32,000 nt of DNA, taken from positions 2,340,001 through 2,372,000 of the forward strand of contig NZ_AP012549.1 in assembly GCF_000829235.1 (NCBI RefSeq). Direction: 5' to 3'. Numbering within the stretch: the stretch's first letter is position 1; the number at the start of each line of letters is the position of its first letter. The stretch is from a cyanobacterium endosymbiont of Epithemia turgida isolate EtSB Lake Yunoko (GTDB lineage Bacteria > Cyanobacteriota > Cyanobacteriia > Cyanobacteriales > Microcystaceae). Both the position numbers and the translations under genes were made by a program. Shown piece by piece: positions 19,122 to 29,705 of the stretch. Under the pieces are notes generated by a model that saw nothing but the letters and a program-made list of their open reading frames with translations, did no database searches and was not told the origin of the DNA.

Positions 19122-21362
19122 TCAACTAACAGCAGAAGGTTGACTTTTAGCAATGGGTAAAGTAAACCAGACTTGACATCCTTTGCCTGGGGTACTATGA
19201 ACGCCAATTTTTCCTCCGTGAGCTTCAATAATTTGACGACATTGATAAGAACCTAATCCAATTCCTGTCCTACGTCTATCGTGTAAACTACGAAGGTATA
19301 ATCCAAACATTTGATTACATTGTTTCTCTTCCATTCCTACTCCATTATCTGTTAAGCAACAATTGATCATTCCATTATTAAATACTGCTTTTAAGACTAA
19401 ATTAATTCCAGGAGTATTATGTTTAAGAGCATTACTGAAAAGGTTCTCAAATACTTGGTTTAGTTGATCAGAATCAGCAAAGACAAAGGGTAAATTATCA
19501 GAAATTTCTAAGGTTAGAGTAGCTTTGTTTTGAATCAAGCAAGATTGCCAACTTTGAGTTAATTTTACAACAATCTTTTTGAGAGAAATTGCTTCCAAAT
19601 TCATATTTATATTTAAAGAAAATTCTTCGGAAAAATGGTCCTTGGATAGGGCATTAATCAAAGTCAATTGACGATCACTACTTTTAATCATCCGATCAAG
19701 AATACCATGGGAAATACTAAGATTTTCCCCCTTACGGTTTTGGAGATTTTTCAATAACATCAACATGCCCATAATCGAAGTTCGTAAATCGTGGGAAACT
19801 GCTTGCAAAAAAACTGCCTTCATATCATATAACTGCTGCACTTCTTGAATTTTATCTTGTAATTGTTGAGTATGTTCTTGTATTTTTTTTTCTAAATTAC
19901 TATTAAGTTTTTGTACTTTCTGATATAGTTTTGCTTGTCCCATCGCAATCATCATTTGATCAGCCAACTGTTCTAATAGTCGAACCTCTTCTTTTTGCCA
20001 GTAACGTCTTTGAGAACATTGATGAGCTACTAATAACCCTAAGGGTTGACCATCTACATGAAGAGGAACTACTAAAGCAGCTTTAATATCGTAACGTTGG
20101 GTATATTGTGCCATAGCTTCTGATAGATTAACAGAGTCGATGTCAGAAACTATGAAAGTTTGACCTCGGGCAAACAGAGATTGAATATCTGTCAGTAAAT
20201 CATCCTTTGCACTTCCTCCTAAAATACTCGAATAGCGAGGTATTACTGACTCAGCAACTACATCAAGTCGTCCGTCATTGTACAGAGTCGCAATAAATAC
20301 CCGATCAGCATGGATTAATCCACAAATTTCAGCAACAGTTGTCTTAAAAATCTGTTCCATATCCAAAGACTGCCGAATTCGCAAAGCGACCTCCGCCAGC
20401 AGGTGGTCCCGTTCGACAGCGTTTCGTAATTGTTTTTCAACTTGTTGGCGTTCTGTGACAGCTACTGATAAAAGTAATGCTGTGGCACTGACAATGATAA
20501 TAAAAATCTGTAGTGATAAAACCGCCTGGGACAGGTTAGAAGTTTGAATAACAAACGGACCAATTCCTTCAATAGTCCCCGCAATCGCTAAAATAGCCAC
20601 AAAAATATTGGACAACACCGCTCCCCAAGTCTGAAAACGAAGAGCAGCCCAAACCACCACCGGAAAGGGTAAATACTCTAAATATTGAGCAGTAGTTAAT
20701 CCCCCCCCTTCTAGAATAGAAGAACTACCTTGACAAATAAATACTAGCCAACTTAAAACAAATAAAAGTCCGCTACAAATAAACAATTCAAGAAGACGGA
20801 ATTGTTTTCGGCGGAGTAAAAGTTGATTTCCATGAAATTTAAGGCGTAATAATAAGGGAGCTGTCACCAAAATCCCACTACAATCTCCTAACCACAATAA
20901 CCACCAACGCTGACTAAGATTAGCCGACGAAAGGTTCCCAACAACCAACTGAATCAAGGTATCAATTGAGGCATTTAGTAAAGGAGAAATAATCGCCCCT
21001 AGAAGAATTAATTCCGTTACATCTTGAATCCTTGAGAGTTTGGAAGAAAATTTTCCGCATCGTAGCAATCTAATGGCAACAACCCCTGACAAAGTACTAC
21101 CGAGAGCAGAACTCAGAGCTACCCCAAAATTTTCCCCGAAGAAAACCATTAAGATAGCATCTCCTAGAAAAATACCGAACCATACCCCCTCTCCGTAAAC
21201 CAACAGTGCAGTTATCGCAATTCCTGCTGGAAGCCATAGAGGAGAAGCTTCTGCTGCTATTCCCATCCATCGTAAACATAACCACCCCCCACTACAGTAA
21301 GCGATCGCCACTAAAGCGAGTTTTACTAAATTTGAGCGAAAAGCAATCTGGGATAAAGTCAT
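19122..21362 (-). CDS. sensor histidine kinase: MASE1-like membrane domain, GAF, HisKA, HATPase
   Basis: About 8 N-terminal TM segments, a GAF-like middle region (ADRVFIATLYNDG...LVVPL), the H-box SHDLRTSIMGM, and N/G boxes (NALKHN, DNGVGM, GIGLG). Confidence 0.9.
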   Translation of the reverse strand: MTLSQIAFRSNLVKLALVAIAYCSGGWLCLRWMGIAAEASPLWLPAGIAITALLVYGEGVWFGIFLGDAILMVFFGENFGVALSSALGSTLSGVVAIRLLRCGKFSSKLSRIQDVTELILLGAIISPLLNASIDTLIQLVVGNLSSANLSQRWWLLWLGDCSGILVTAPLLLRLKFHGNQLLLRRKQFRLLELFICSGLLFVLSWLVFICQGSSSILEGGGLTTAQYLEYLPFPVVVWAALRFQTWGAVLSNIFVAILAIAGTIEGIGPFVIQTSNLSQAVLSLQIFIIIVSATALLLSVAVTERQQVEKQLRNAVERDHLLAEVALRIRQSLDMEQIFKTTVAEICGLIHADRVFIATLYNDGRLDVVAESVIPRYSSILGGSAKDDLLTDIQSLFARGQTFIVSDIDSVNLSEAMAQYTQRYDIKAALVVPLHVDGQPLGLLVAHQCSQRRYWQKEEVRLLEQLADQMMIAMGQAKLYQKVQKLNSNLEKKIQEHTQQLQDKIQEVQQLYDMKAVFLQAVSHDLRTSIMGMLMLLKNLQNRKGENLSISHGILDRMIKSSDRQLTLINALSKDHFSEEFSLNINMNLEAISLKKIVVKLTQSWQSCLIQNKATLTLEISDNLPFVFADSDQLNQVFENLFSNALKHNTPGINLVLKAVFNNGMINCCLTDNGVGMEEKQCNQMFGLYLRSLHDRRRTGIGLGSYQCRQIIEAHGGKIGVHSTPGKGCQVWFTLPIAKSQPSAVS

Positions 21363-21576
21363 AGGGACTTAATTTTCCTTGTTAAAACAGCTTAATCTGT
21401 CTATAATCCAAGCTATCTAAATGGTGCTCAACTTAATCTTCTTTTTACTTCCTCCACCTGGGTGAACTCCCAGTAAAACCAAGAAAATAGGGAAAAGCAC
21501 TCCAAAGTATTTTCTGAATTTTTTTAGTATAATTTATATCTTGATTTACAGAGCAAGTTACGTGAATTTGCTATAA

Positions 21577-22227
21577 ATGTTGGATGAATCTAAAATGCGA
21601 ATTTTAATTGTAGAAGATGATCCCCTAATGCAATTGGGACTAGAACAGGCTCTAAGTGAATATCCTGATTTTGAGATTATTGGGCAGGCTGATGATGGTT
21701 ATGTCGGAGTTCAAAAAGCTTTAGATCTACAGCCTGATTTAGTAGTTATGGACATTGGACTGCCTCGCTTGGATGGAATTGCTGCGACAAAACAGATTAA
21801 GGAGAAATCACCGCAAATCCACGTAGTAATTCTTACGTCTCATACACTACAAACTGAAGTTATTGCCGCTTTATCGAGTGGAGCTGATGCCTATTGTATT
21901 AAAGGGGCGAGTTTAGAACGATTATTAGCTGCTATTGAAGCAGCTAAGGATGGTGCAACTTATTTAGATCCCCAAATTGCTCGATTAGTGTTAAATAATT
22001 TAAAAACACCCGCCCCAGAATTGAACCAAAATATTGCTTTACTTTCTGAGAGAGAACTAGAAGTTTTAAAGTTAATTGTTGAAGGAAAAAGCAATAATGA
22101 AATTGCTGAAGACCTCTATTTAAGTGCTAATACAATTAAAACCCATGTACGGGGAATTATGAATAAATTAGCAGTTGATGATCGAGTCCAGGCTGCTGTT
22201 GTTGCTTTGCGTTCTGGATTAGTCTAA
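21577..22227 (+). CDS. NarL/FixJ-family response regulator (REC + LuxR-type HTH)
   Basis: RILIVEDDP, the phospho-acceptor context LVVMDIGLP, and the C-terminal LSERELEVLKLIVEGKSNNEIAEDLYLSANTIKTHVRGIMNKL. It is divergent from the kinase gene. The start may be the ATG at 21595. Confidence 0.9.
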   Translation: MLDESKMRILIVEDDPLMQLGLEQALSEYPDFEIIGQADDGYVGVQKALDLQPDLVVMDIGLPRLDGIAATKQIKEKSPQIHVVILTSHTLQTEVIAALSSGADAYCIKGASLERLLAAIEAAKDGATYLDPQIARLVLNNLKTPAPELNQNIALLSERELEVLKLIVEGKSNNEIAEDLYLSANTIKTHVRGIMNKLAVDDRVQAAVVALRSGLV

Positions 22228-22952
22228 AATCACTTTTAAAACTTTTATAATTTGTTATTCTGACAATTTTTGCTAACAAGAGTAAGGTACTATAACTTAA
22301 CTTAAATCTTAAGTTAAGAACAAAATAAAGATTACTTTAAAAGAGTTTTTTGATACTTAGACCTATTTAATGCTCAAGCCTACAAAGAAATATTTACCTC
22401 TCCTCGAAGTAGTCAGATAACACCAAAATACTACTATGCTATATTTGAAGATATTCTCTGTTTTTAGCTATCTCTTCCGTCTTTATTCCCAATTATGCTT
22501 TTTATAGCTTATTTACTGTTTAATATTTGCAAGTTATTTTCTGGTTATTTTTTATTTCTTAATATATGTCACTTGCTATACTACTACTGAGTAACACTGT
22601 TTCCTAATAATCGAGCCATCTTTATTGAAGTTTGAGCATTACTTTACTGAGCATCGCCTCTTAAATTTTACTTTTTTAATCACAAATCTAAAGTTTTTGA
22701 ATAAACTCGAAATATTATAAGCCTAAATATTTTTATAATACAATCACTTTTTGGCATAAGTCATAACTAATAGTGCTAACTTAATCATTCAATTACGTCT
22801 TTTTTGAAAAGAAAACTTACCTAGTATTTTTGTGTTGTTTTACTTCACTACAAGCTCCAAAAAATAGACAAACAAAACAGTGCCAAATTTATCTTAAGCC
22901 TACTTTTTTACAAGACACCTTGACACTGCTCTATTTCAGTTTCTATTGTATT

Positions 22953-24395
22953 CTAACGCCCTCTATGATGGCCGATTGTCTTACGATCTGATTTTTTACC
23001 TGAGTTATTACGACGGGGTTTAGAATTATCTTTGCGATTATTCCCCTGAATAATTGGTTTAGATATTCCTGCTTCGGGGACTTCCCAGTCAGTTCTCATC
23101 CACTTGGGGCAGTCTTGATCATAAACCATCTGTAAAGCCGCAGCAGCTATAGCCTGGGGATCATATTCGTCGCTAAGTTCTCGCACAATAGGTAAAAATG
23201 AAGCCATCCGCTCCCCTGCCAAGGAATCTTGAATCTGCCTTTGGAGTTTTTCTAGTCGCTTAGCTTCCACTTGAGAGCGGTTAGGAATACTACACAATTC
23301 TATTTTTTGTCGAATTCGCCGTTCAATCTGACGTATCATGCGACGGTCAATTGGTTCAACTAAGGATATTGCTGTCCCTTTTTTCCCTGCTCGGCCAGTT
23401 CGTCCAATCCGATGAATATAAGTTTCTGCATTATCCGGCAAATCGTAATTAATAACGTGGCTTAAATTCTCAACATCTAACCCTCTTGCCGCAATGTCCG
23501 TAGCCACAACGATCCTAACTTTACCCTCTCGAAATCTATGGACCAATCGTTCTCGTTGGGACTGACTTAGATTACCATGGTATTCGTCAACACTTTGCCC
23601 GGCTTCTTGTAACTTGCTGGTAAGTTCAGAAGCTGTCTGTTTAGTCCGAACAAAAACAATGGCTGTGTCAGGGATTTCAATTTCTAAAATTGGTTGTAAC
23701 GCCTTGAGTTTTGACCAACCGCGAGGAACACCATAAAGATGTTGCTCAATTTTATCAGGTGCGGCTTGAGGCTGGTCTATAGTCACTGTAACAGGAGATT
23801 TGAGGAACTGGTTAACTAATTCTCGGATTTCACGAGGCATAGTTGCTGAGAAACAAGCAGTGTTGCGTTGGTCGGGGGTTTGCCTTAGAATTTTTTTTAC
23901 ATCGTCGATAAAGCCCATACTGAGCATTTCATCTGCTTCATCGAGAACAGCCCATTTTAAATTATTTAAAACCAGCTTTTTGCGATCTAATAGGTCAATA
24001 ACCCTTCCCGGAGTTCCAACAACAATTTGTACACCTCGTTGTAAACTCCGAATTTGCTTTTCAATCGATTGACCTCCATAAACAGTCAAAATATACAATT
24101 GGCGTTCAGTAGAAAAGTCCTTAAGAGCAAGAGCAACCTGTTGGGCAAGTTCACGGGTTGGGGTTAGAACAAGTGCCTGTATGTTGGAATTGTTTGTATC
24201 AATCTGCTCCATAATGGGCAAGGAATAAGCTGCTGTCTTCCCTGTTCCTGTCTGGGATTGTCCCAGAATGTCATGTCCCTCCAAAATTAAAGGAATTGCT
24301 TTACATTGAATCTCTGTTGGAGTCGTAAAACCTAGGGTTTCTAATTTATGAACACGGTTCTCAGAGAGTCCTAAGCTATGAAAGGAAATGGTCAT
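22953..24395 (-). CDS. DEAD-box ATP-dependent RNA helicase (CrhR/DeaD-like)
   Basis: Q motif, GQSQTGTGKT, VLDEADEML, SAT, and HRIGRTGRAG, followed by a basic C-terminal tail. Confidence 0.9.
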   Translation of the reverse strand: MTISFHSLGLSENRVHKLETLGFTTPTEIQCKAIPLILEGHDILGQSQTGTGKTAAYSLPIMEQIDTNNSNIQALVLTPTRELAQQVALALKDFSTERQLYILTVYGGQSIEKQIRSLQRGVQIVVGTPGRVIDLLDRKKLVLNNLKWAVLDEADEMLSMGFIDDVKKILRQTPDQRNTACFSATMPREIRELVNQFLKSPVTVTIDQPQAAPDKIEQHLYGVPRGWSKLKALQPILEIEIPDTAIVFVRTKQTASELTSKLQEAGQSVDEYHGNLSQSQRERLVHRFREGKVRIVVATDIAARGLDVENLSHVINYDLPDNAETYIHRIGRTGRAGKKGTAISLVEPIDRRMIRQIERRIRQKIELCSIPNRSQVEAKRLEKLQRQIQDSLAGERMASFLPIVRELSDEYDPQAIAAAALQMVYDQDCPKWMRTDWEVPEAGISKPIIQGNNRKDNSKPRRNNSGKKSDRKTIGHHRGR

Positions 24396-24493
24396 AAGAA
24401 ATGTTAGTTAGTAACTTAACTGCAAGATTAATTTAATACAAAGTGCTTAGCAAGCTTTTTCTTAAGTAAGAAAAACTTATGGTGTGTTTTCGA

Positions 24494-25837
24494 TCAAGAA
24501 TCTATTTCTAGAACATCGTGTTGTTGCACAACTTTTCCATATAGGTCGTAAGTATCAGCATAGGTGATTTTGACAGACACAATTTCGTTTAAGGGAGCTT
24601 CTCCTTGAATATAAACAAGTCCATCGACTTCTGGAGCAAACCGCGAGGAACGTCCTATTTTCTCCTGAGTTTGAGGATTCTCTTGTTCAATTAAGACGTC
24701 AACAGTTTTTCCAACACAATCTTGATTTTTTTTGAGAGAAATTGGCTGTTGCACCTGCATCAAGATTTCTCGTCTTTGTTGGGCTATTCCTGACGGAACC
24801 TGATGGGGCATTTGATAAGCAGGAGTGTTTTCTTCTGGAGAGAAGGCAAATACTCCAACGTGATCAAATTCATGACATTCGACAAAATTAACTAAATGGT
24901 TAAAATATTCATCTGTTTCGCCTGGAAAGCCCACAATAAAAGTTGTTCTCAATACGGCTCCAGGAATGAATCTCTTGAGACGTTCAATAATGCCATCATT
25001 GACATGTTCTTGCCAAGGACGATTCATTGCTTTCAAGATAGCCTGGTGGGAATGTTGAAAAGGTACATCGAAATAGGGTAGGACGTTTTGGGTGTCTCCA
25101 ATTGCGTTAATTATTTTGTTAGTGAGTCCTGTGGGGTAGGTATAATAGATACGAATCCAGGGAATGTCCACTGTCCCCAAAGCCCTTAATAATTGGTCTA
25201 GTCTGGGTTCTCCATACAAATCCAATCCATAATTTGTGGTAATTTGGGAAATCAATATTAATTCTTTTACTCTTTGCTCGGCTAATTGTTGTGCTTCGGC
25301 CACAATCGACTCAATAGAACGTGACCGCTGACTTCCTCTCAAGTGAGGAATAATACAAAATGCGCAACGGTAATCACATCCCTCTGCTATTCGCAAGTAG
25401 GCCACCCCTTCAGTGGTTGTACGGTAACGAGGAACTGTTTCATCCGCGATAAAAATAGGATTAACCGAGACTTCTTTAACTTTTTTCCCTGTTTCCACCT
25501 GTTGGATAACATCAACAATTTTTTGATAGTCTCCCGTTCCTATTATGGCGACGGCTTCAGGAATTTCATCAAGAAGTTCTACCTGAAAATGTTGTGCCAT
25601 ACAGCCAGAGATAATAATTTTTTTCTTGGCTTCGGCTAATTCTACCAATGTACGAACTGACTCTTGGCGAGCTTCTTGTATAAAACTACAAGTATTAACA
25701 ATCACATAGTCTGCTAATTCTTCACTACTATCTATTTGATAGCCTGCCTGCCCCAGCAAGCCCAACATATGTTCAGAGTCAATACGGTTCTTTTCGCAGC
25801 CTAGGTGAGAAATCGCAATAGTTGGCTTACTGCCCAT
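24494..25837 (-). CDS. rimO: ribosomal protein S12 methylthiotransferase
   Basis: N-terminal UPF0004 domain (ISHLGCEKN), the radical-SAM motif CDYRCAFC, and a C-terminal TRAM domain. Confidence 0.9.
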   Translation of the reverse strand: MGSKPTIAISHLGCEKNRIDSEHMLGLLGQAGYQIDSSEELADYVIVNTCSFIQEARQESVRTLVELAEAKKKIIISGCMAQHFQVELLDEIPEAVAIIGTGDYQKIVDVIQQVETGKKVKEVSVNPIFIADETVPRYRTTTEGVAYLRIAEGCDYRCAFCIIPHLRGSQRSRSIESIVAEAQQLAEQRVKELILISQITTNYGLDLYGEPRLDQLLRALGTVDIPWIRIYYTYPTGLTNKIINAIGDTQNVLPYFDVPFQHSHQAILKAMNRPWQEHVNDGIIERLKRFIPGAVLRTTFIVGFPGETDEYFNHLVNFVECHEFDHVGVFAFSPEENTPAYQMPHQVPSGIAQQRREILMQVQQPISLKKNQDCVGKTVDVLIEQENPQTQEKIGRSSRFAPEVDGLVYIQGEAPLNEIVSVKITYADTYDLYGKVVQQHDVLEIDS

Positions 25838-26159
25838 GAATTACTGTTCGGTTACATCCCATTGTTGTACACTTGGGCTATAAACCACGCTAATCTTTTT
25901 GTGTAGCCTGATGGCTATAGTCTAGAGTTCAGGTGTGGATTCGCCCCCATTCATCTATTAATTTAGAATAACAGATTCTATCCAATAAAGCTATCCAATA
26001 AAGAAAGTAGCTTGGAGAAAATTTTGAGAGGCTCTTGGATCCTATTTCTTCAAATGTTTCACCAATAGACATAATTGGGTTCTATTACATGATTTTTATT
26101 CATATTCAAAGATAATTTTGATTTTGAGGAACAAATGAAAATGACATCGAAGCCCAAAG

Positions 26160-26211
26160 ATATCCCAACTTAAAATATTCACGTATACGTGAATATTTTA
26201 AGTTGGGATAT
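26160..26211. other. 52-nt perfect palindrome (26+26, no spacer), terminator-like, 12 nt beyond the frameshifted ORF stop
   Basis: atatcccaacttaaaatattcacgta|tacgtgaatattttaagttgggatat. Confidence 0.85.
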
Positions 26212-26222
26212 TTGAAATAACA

Positions 26223-26536
26223 TTAGCTCTCGAAAGTTGAACTAATTTTATTAATGGCTCCTGTTAATTGTCTGATATTTGTGGAAATTCTATGACTGTA
26301 ATTATAAGGATATTTAGTCGTTAAGCTGGATGCGCAATAATGACTACTTGATACTTCCCCTGATGTAATTTCAGTCCAGGAATTAACAGTCTTTAAGTAA
26401 ACATAGGTTTTTGATGGGTTTAAATAATCTCGATTTAGCGGTTGATCAATACCAGTAACCTCTAAAGGAGAACAGTGGGTTTTATGTCCTTATTATTAGG
26501 ACAATTAATTAATATATTCCATTGAGAGGCTTTCAT
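26223..26536 (-). pseudogene. frameshifted small ORF, possibly aegerolysin-like
   Basis: ATG at 26536 gives MKASQWNILINCPNNKDIKPTVLL, then TAG (26464-26462). An overlapping frame continues open with EVTGIDQPLNRDYLNPSKTYVYLKTVNSWTEITSGEVSSSHYCASSLTTKYPYNYSHRISTNIRQLTGAINKISSTFES to TAA 26225-26223. The total of 314 nt is not a multiple of 3. Confidence 0.4.
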
Positions 26537-26989
26537 TCTTTTGGATGTCAAGGAAAATATATTGCTGTTAATTTACCTCAAAATATCTTCTATCTGTATA
26601 GCATAATTAAAACTTTTGTTGTATTTATATATTCCTATTCCATTAATTATTTTTGCTTTTTTTTCTTTGAAAAATTAATCTAGAATAAGCTTATATACTT
26701 TACTTACACTATACGGATATGCAGTGAAATTAATATTAATAGTCAATAAATTACTGTAATCAACCTTAATAGACGTTTGTTTAAAACAATGTATTTTTCA
26801 TAAAGCCAATTCCTACAATAATTTATGTTTACAATAGTTTTTAAAAACTATTTTTTTTAGGCTAAATATTTAATATTAAATATTTAGCCTAAATATTATC
26901 GTTATATATCCATTTTGATAAGTAATAAATAACATATCAAAAATTAAATAAAAAAAGTATTCCTATATTAATTTTTAGATGTATATTAC

Positions 26990-29641
26990 TTAGTCTAGTT
27001 TCTTCAAAGGGTTAAAGATTTTACTCAATACTTTCATCCATCCATCTTCTAATAAAGTATAAAGGACTGGAACTATAATTAAACTTAATAAAGACGAAGT
27101 AATTAATCCTCCAATAATAGCCACAGCCATAGGTTGTCTTAATTCTGAACCTGCTCCTAGTCCCAACGCAATAGGCAACATTCCTAAAATTGTAGAGGTG
27201 GTTGTCATGATAATTGGTCTGAGGCGTACTTCTCCTGTCTCCAAAATAGCCTGATGACGATTTATTCCTTGTTGTCTTAATTGGCTAATATAGTCCATTA
27301 ATAAGACAGCATTTTTATCTAATAATCCTAATAAGAAAATCAACCCAATTAAAGAAATCATTCCAAAATCATTTTGGGTAATTAATAGGGCCAACATTGC
27401 GCCAATAAGGGTTAATGGTAAGGAGAGAACCACAACTAATGGTTCTAGCCATCGTCCAAACGAAATATACAAAACGGCTATCATACAGACAACTGCTAAG
27501 ATTAAGGCAATGGCAAATTCACTAAAAATCTGGCGAACTTGTGCCGATGCTCCTTGAATATCAAAACTAATATCATAAGGCAAGTTTGACTGAGTAATAG
27601 AAATAACTTGATTAGTAATATCTCCTAATCCTACTTTTTCTGTTAAATTAGCTGTTATGTAAATAACTCGTTGTCTTTGAAAATGTTCAATTACAAGAGT
27701 TTGTTCATCTTCACTAGACATTCTTACATCAACTAATCCAGGAACTTCTTTGATTTTAAGTTTTAATTTATCTGCTGTTTGTCGCAGAGATTTGAAGTCA
27801 TTTCCTAATAAAGCAACTTTTAAAGTACTGTCATCACCTGTTTCTACAAATAAAATATCTTCAATACTAGTGGTTACTCCTCGCAACTTAGGTAAAGTAT
27901 TTCTAATACGTTCTTGAACTTCACTAGTACTAAATTGGCGATCACTGTTTAATTTTACATATATTTTTCCCTTCAAGGGATCACCGTGTATTCCAGCAAT
28001 AGTATAAGCAGATTTAACATTAAAATCATCTAAAATTAACTGCTCAAACTTTCTTCCTACACGACTATTAATCCGTAATAAAAATTGTTCTGGTGATTGA
28101 GCTAAATCAGAAATCCATGAAGAAGTAGTATTATTAGAATTGATACGTAATCGTTGAGGAATTTTTGGGACTGGCAAAGTATAAAGAATGTTGAATTCTC
28201 CCCGGTCTAATTTAGGGACAAATCCTCTAGGAATTAATGGAATTAAAGAAAGCCCTAAAATCAAACTTATTAGGGCAATAGCCATTACAGTTTTGCGATT
28301 TAACAAAGACCAATTTAGTAAATTAAGATAAGGACGAACTAAGAAAAAAACTCTCTTTTTTTTAGGTTTTCCTGTCCTAGGTTTCATCCAATAAATAGCT
28401 AAAACAGGAGATAAAGTTCGAGCAACCATTAAAGAAATAAAAACTGCAGCAGAAACCGTTAGCCCAAAAGGTTTAAAAAAGTGCTCAAGATTACCCCCGA
28501 TAAAAGCAATAGGAATAAAAACAGCTGCGATAGTAATAGTTGAAGCTGTTACTGTCAGTCCAATTTCATCAGTTCCTTTAATGGCTGCTTTCTTAGGATT
28601 TTCTCCACGGTCAATATGACGAGTAATATTTTCTACATCCACAATGGCATCGTCAACAATAATGCCAACAACTAATGCCAATGCTAGTAACGTAAGGGTT
28701 TCGAGATTAAACCCTGCGATCATCATCACAATAGCAGTTCCTAATAAGGAAATAGGAATGGTTAAGGCAGTAATTAAAGTTGCCTGAAAATTTCGTAGAA
28801 ATGGAAAGATAACTAATATAGCTAAAACAATTGCTCCAATTAACCCCTGAATGGTTGATTGAGTGGCTTCCTCTATGTAATCAGCTTGAGTTTCTGCCAA
28901 AATTAGCTGTACATCAGGCAAAGTGTTTTGTAACTCATCTATTGCTTTTTTTGTGAGACTTACTACATTAAGGGTATTAGCATCAGCCTGCTTTACTATT
29001 CGTACCGACAAGACATCTTTTCTATTAAAGCGTACCAGTGTTGGGGGATTTGTCTCATCAGATTTAGTGTTCTTGACTTCCCTAAAATTGCCATCTCCTA
29101 ACAATTCTACCCGACTTACCCCTGGTAATTTTTCTAATGGGGGGATAATTGCCTGTCGAGCAATATCTGTTAACCTCTCTAGAGGTTGAGTTTCACTTTG
29201 AATCGCATAACTGATAGCTGCTGATTCATTAATACTGAAAGTCCTAACTTTTACACTAGCATTAGAAGGTAAATCAGCTTGTTTGAGAGCAGATCTCACG
29301 ATTTTGGTAGACTCATCTAGTTTTAATCGTGCATCAAATGCTACATTAATGATACTTTGCCCAGGATAGCTAGAAGAAAATAACTCAGCATTGTTGAGTG
29401 AGCGCAGAGATTTTTCAAGAGGATTGGTTAATTTTAATTCTGTTTCCTCTGCCGTATTTAAAGGAACAGTAGCCTGTATGACGACTATTGGAAAGGAAAC
29501 ATCAGGAAACAAGGCGTATCTCAAAGAACTAAAGGCAAAAATACCAAAAAATGTCACAATAACCCAAAAGCATATGGTTAATCGTGCATATTTAATGGCA
29601 AAACGAGAAATATTTAGACTTTTTCGAAGGGCTTGTTTCAT
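26990..29641 (-). CDS. RND-superfamily efflux permease (AcrB/AcrD/AcrF-like), 883 aa
   Basis: 12-TM, two-large-loop architecture. Conserved TM4 block VVGIIVDDAIVDVENI and C-terminal PMAVAIIGGLITSSLLSLIIVPVLY. Confidence 0.85.
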   Translation of the reverse strand: MKQALRKSLNISRFAIKYARLTICFWVIVTFFGIFAFSSLRYALFPDVSFPIVVIQATVPLNTAEETELKLTNPLEKSLRSLNNAELFSSSYPGQSIINVAFDARLKLDESTKIVRSALKQADLPSNASVKVRTFSINESAAISYAIQSETQPLERLTDIARQAIIPPLEKLPGVSRVELLGDGNFREVKNTKSDETNPPTLVRFNRKDVLSVRIVKQADANTLNVVSLTKKAIDELQNTLPDVQLILAETQADYIEEATQSTIQGLIGAIVLAILVIFPFLRNFQATLITALTIPISLLGTAIVMMIAGFNLETLTLLALALVVGIIVDDAIVDVENITRHIDRGENPKKAAIKGTDEIGLTVTASTITIAAVFIPIAFIGGNLEHFFKPFGLTVSAAVFISLMVARTLSPVLAIYWMKPRTGKPKKKRVFFLVRPYLNLLNWSLLNRKTVMAIALISLILGLSLIPLIPRGFVPKLDRGEFNILYTLPVPKIPQRLRINSNNTTSSWISDLAQSPEQFLLRINSRVGRKFEQLILDDFNVKSAYTIAGIHGDPLKGKIYVKLNSDRQFSTSEVQERIRNTLPKLRGVTTSIEDILFVETGDDSTLKVALLGNDFKSLRQTADKLKLKIKEVPGLVDVRMSSEDEQTLVIEHFQRQRVIYITANLTEKVGLGDITNQVISITQSNLPYDISFDIQGASAQVRQIFSEFAIALILAVVCMIAVLYISFGRWLEPLVVVLSLPLTLIGAMLALLITQNDFGMISLIGLIFLLGLLDKNAVLLMDYISQLRQQGINRHQAILETGEVRLRPIIMTTTSTILGMLPIALGLGAGSELRQPMAVAIIGGLITSSLLSLIIVPVLYTLLEDGWMKVLSKIFNPLKKLD

Positions 29642-29705
29642 CGAGTTACTACTTCACTGTCATTTCCTTTGGTTATACCAAGTCGTCTTTTTTAATGACG
29701 ATTTC

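Noticed and set aside
21363-21576. Promoter calls (for example TATAAT at 21528-21533 upstream of the response regulator, or TATAGT before tRNA-Cys)
   Set aside because: TATAAT-like hexamers are ubiquitous in this AT-rich sequence, and I found no convincing -35 partner at proper spacing. These calls are not supportable without TSS data.
465-26003. Micro tandem repeats: atcttctcaaact twice at 465-501, and ctatccaataaag x2 at 25978-26003
   Set aside because: These are simple slippage-type duplications in non-coding DNA with no evident function.
26833-26890. Two AT-rich perfect palindromes (20 bp at 26833-26852, 32 bp at 26859-26890) ~100 nt past the RND stop, as the RND terminator
   Set aside because: On the minus strand the 32-bp palindrome is followed by an A-run rather than a U-run. 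The stems are almost entirely A/T. In such low-complexity sequence I cannot separate them from chance, so I make no terminator call.
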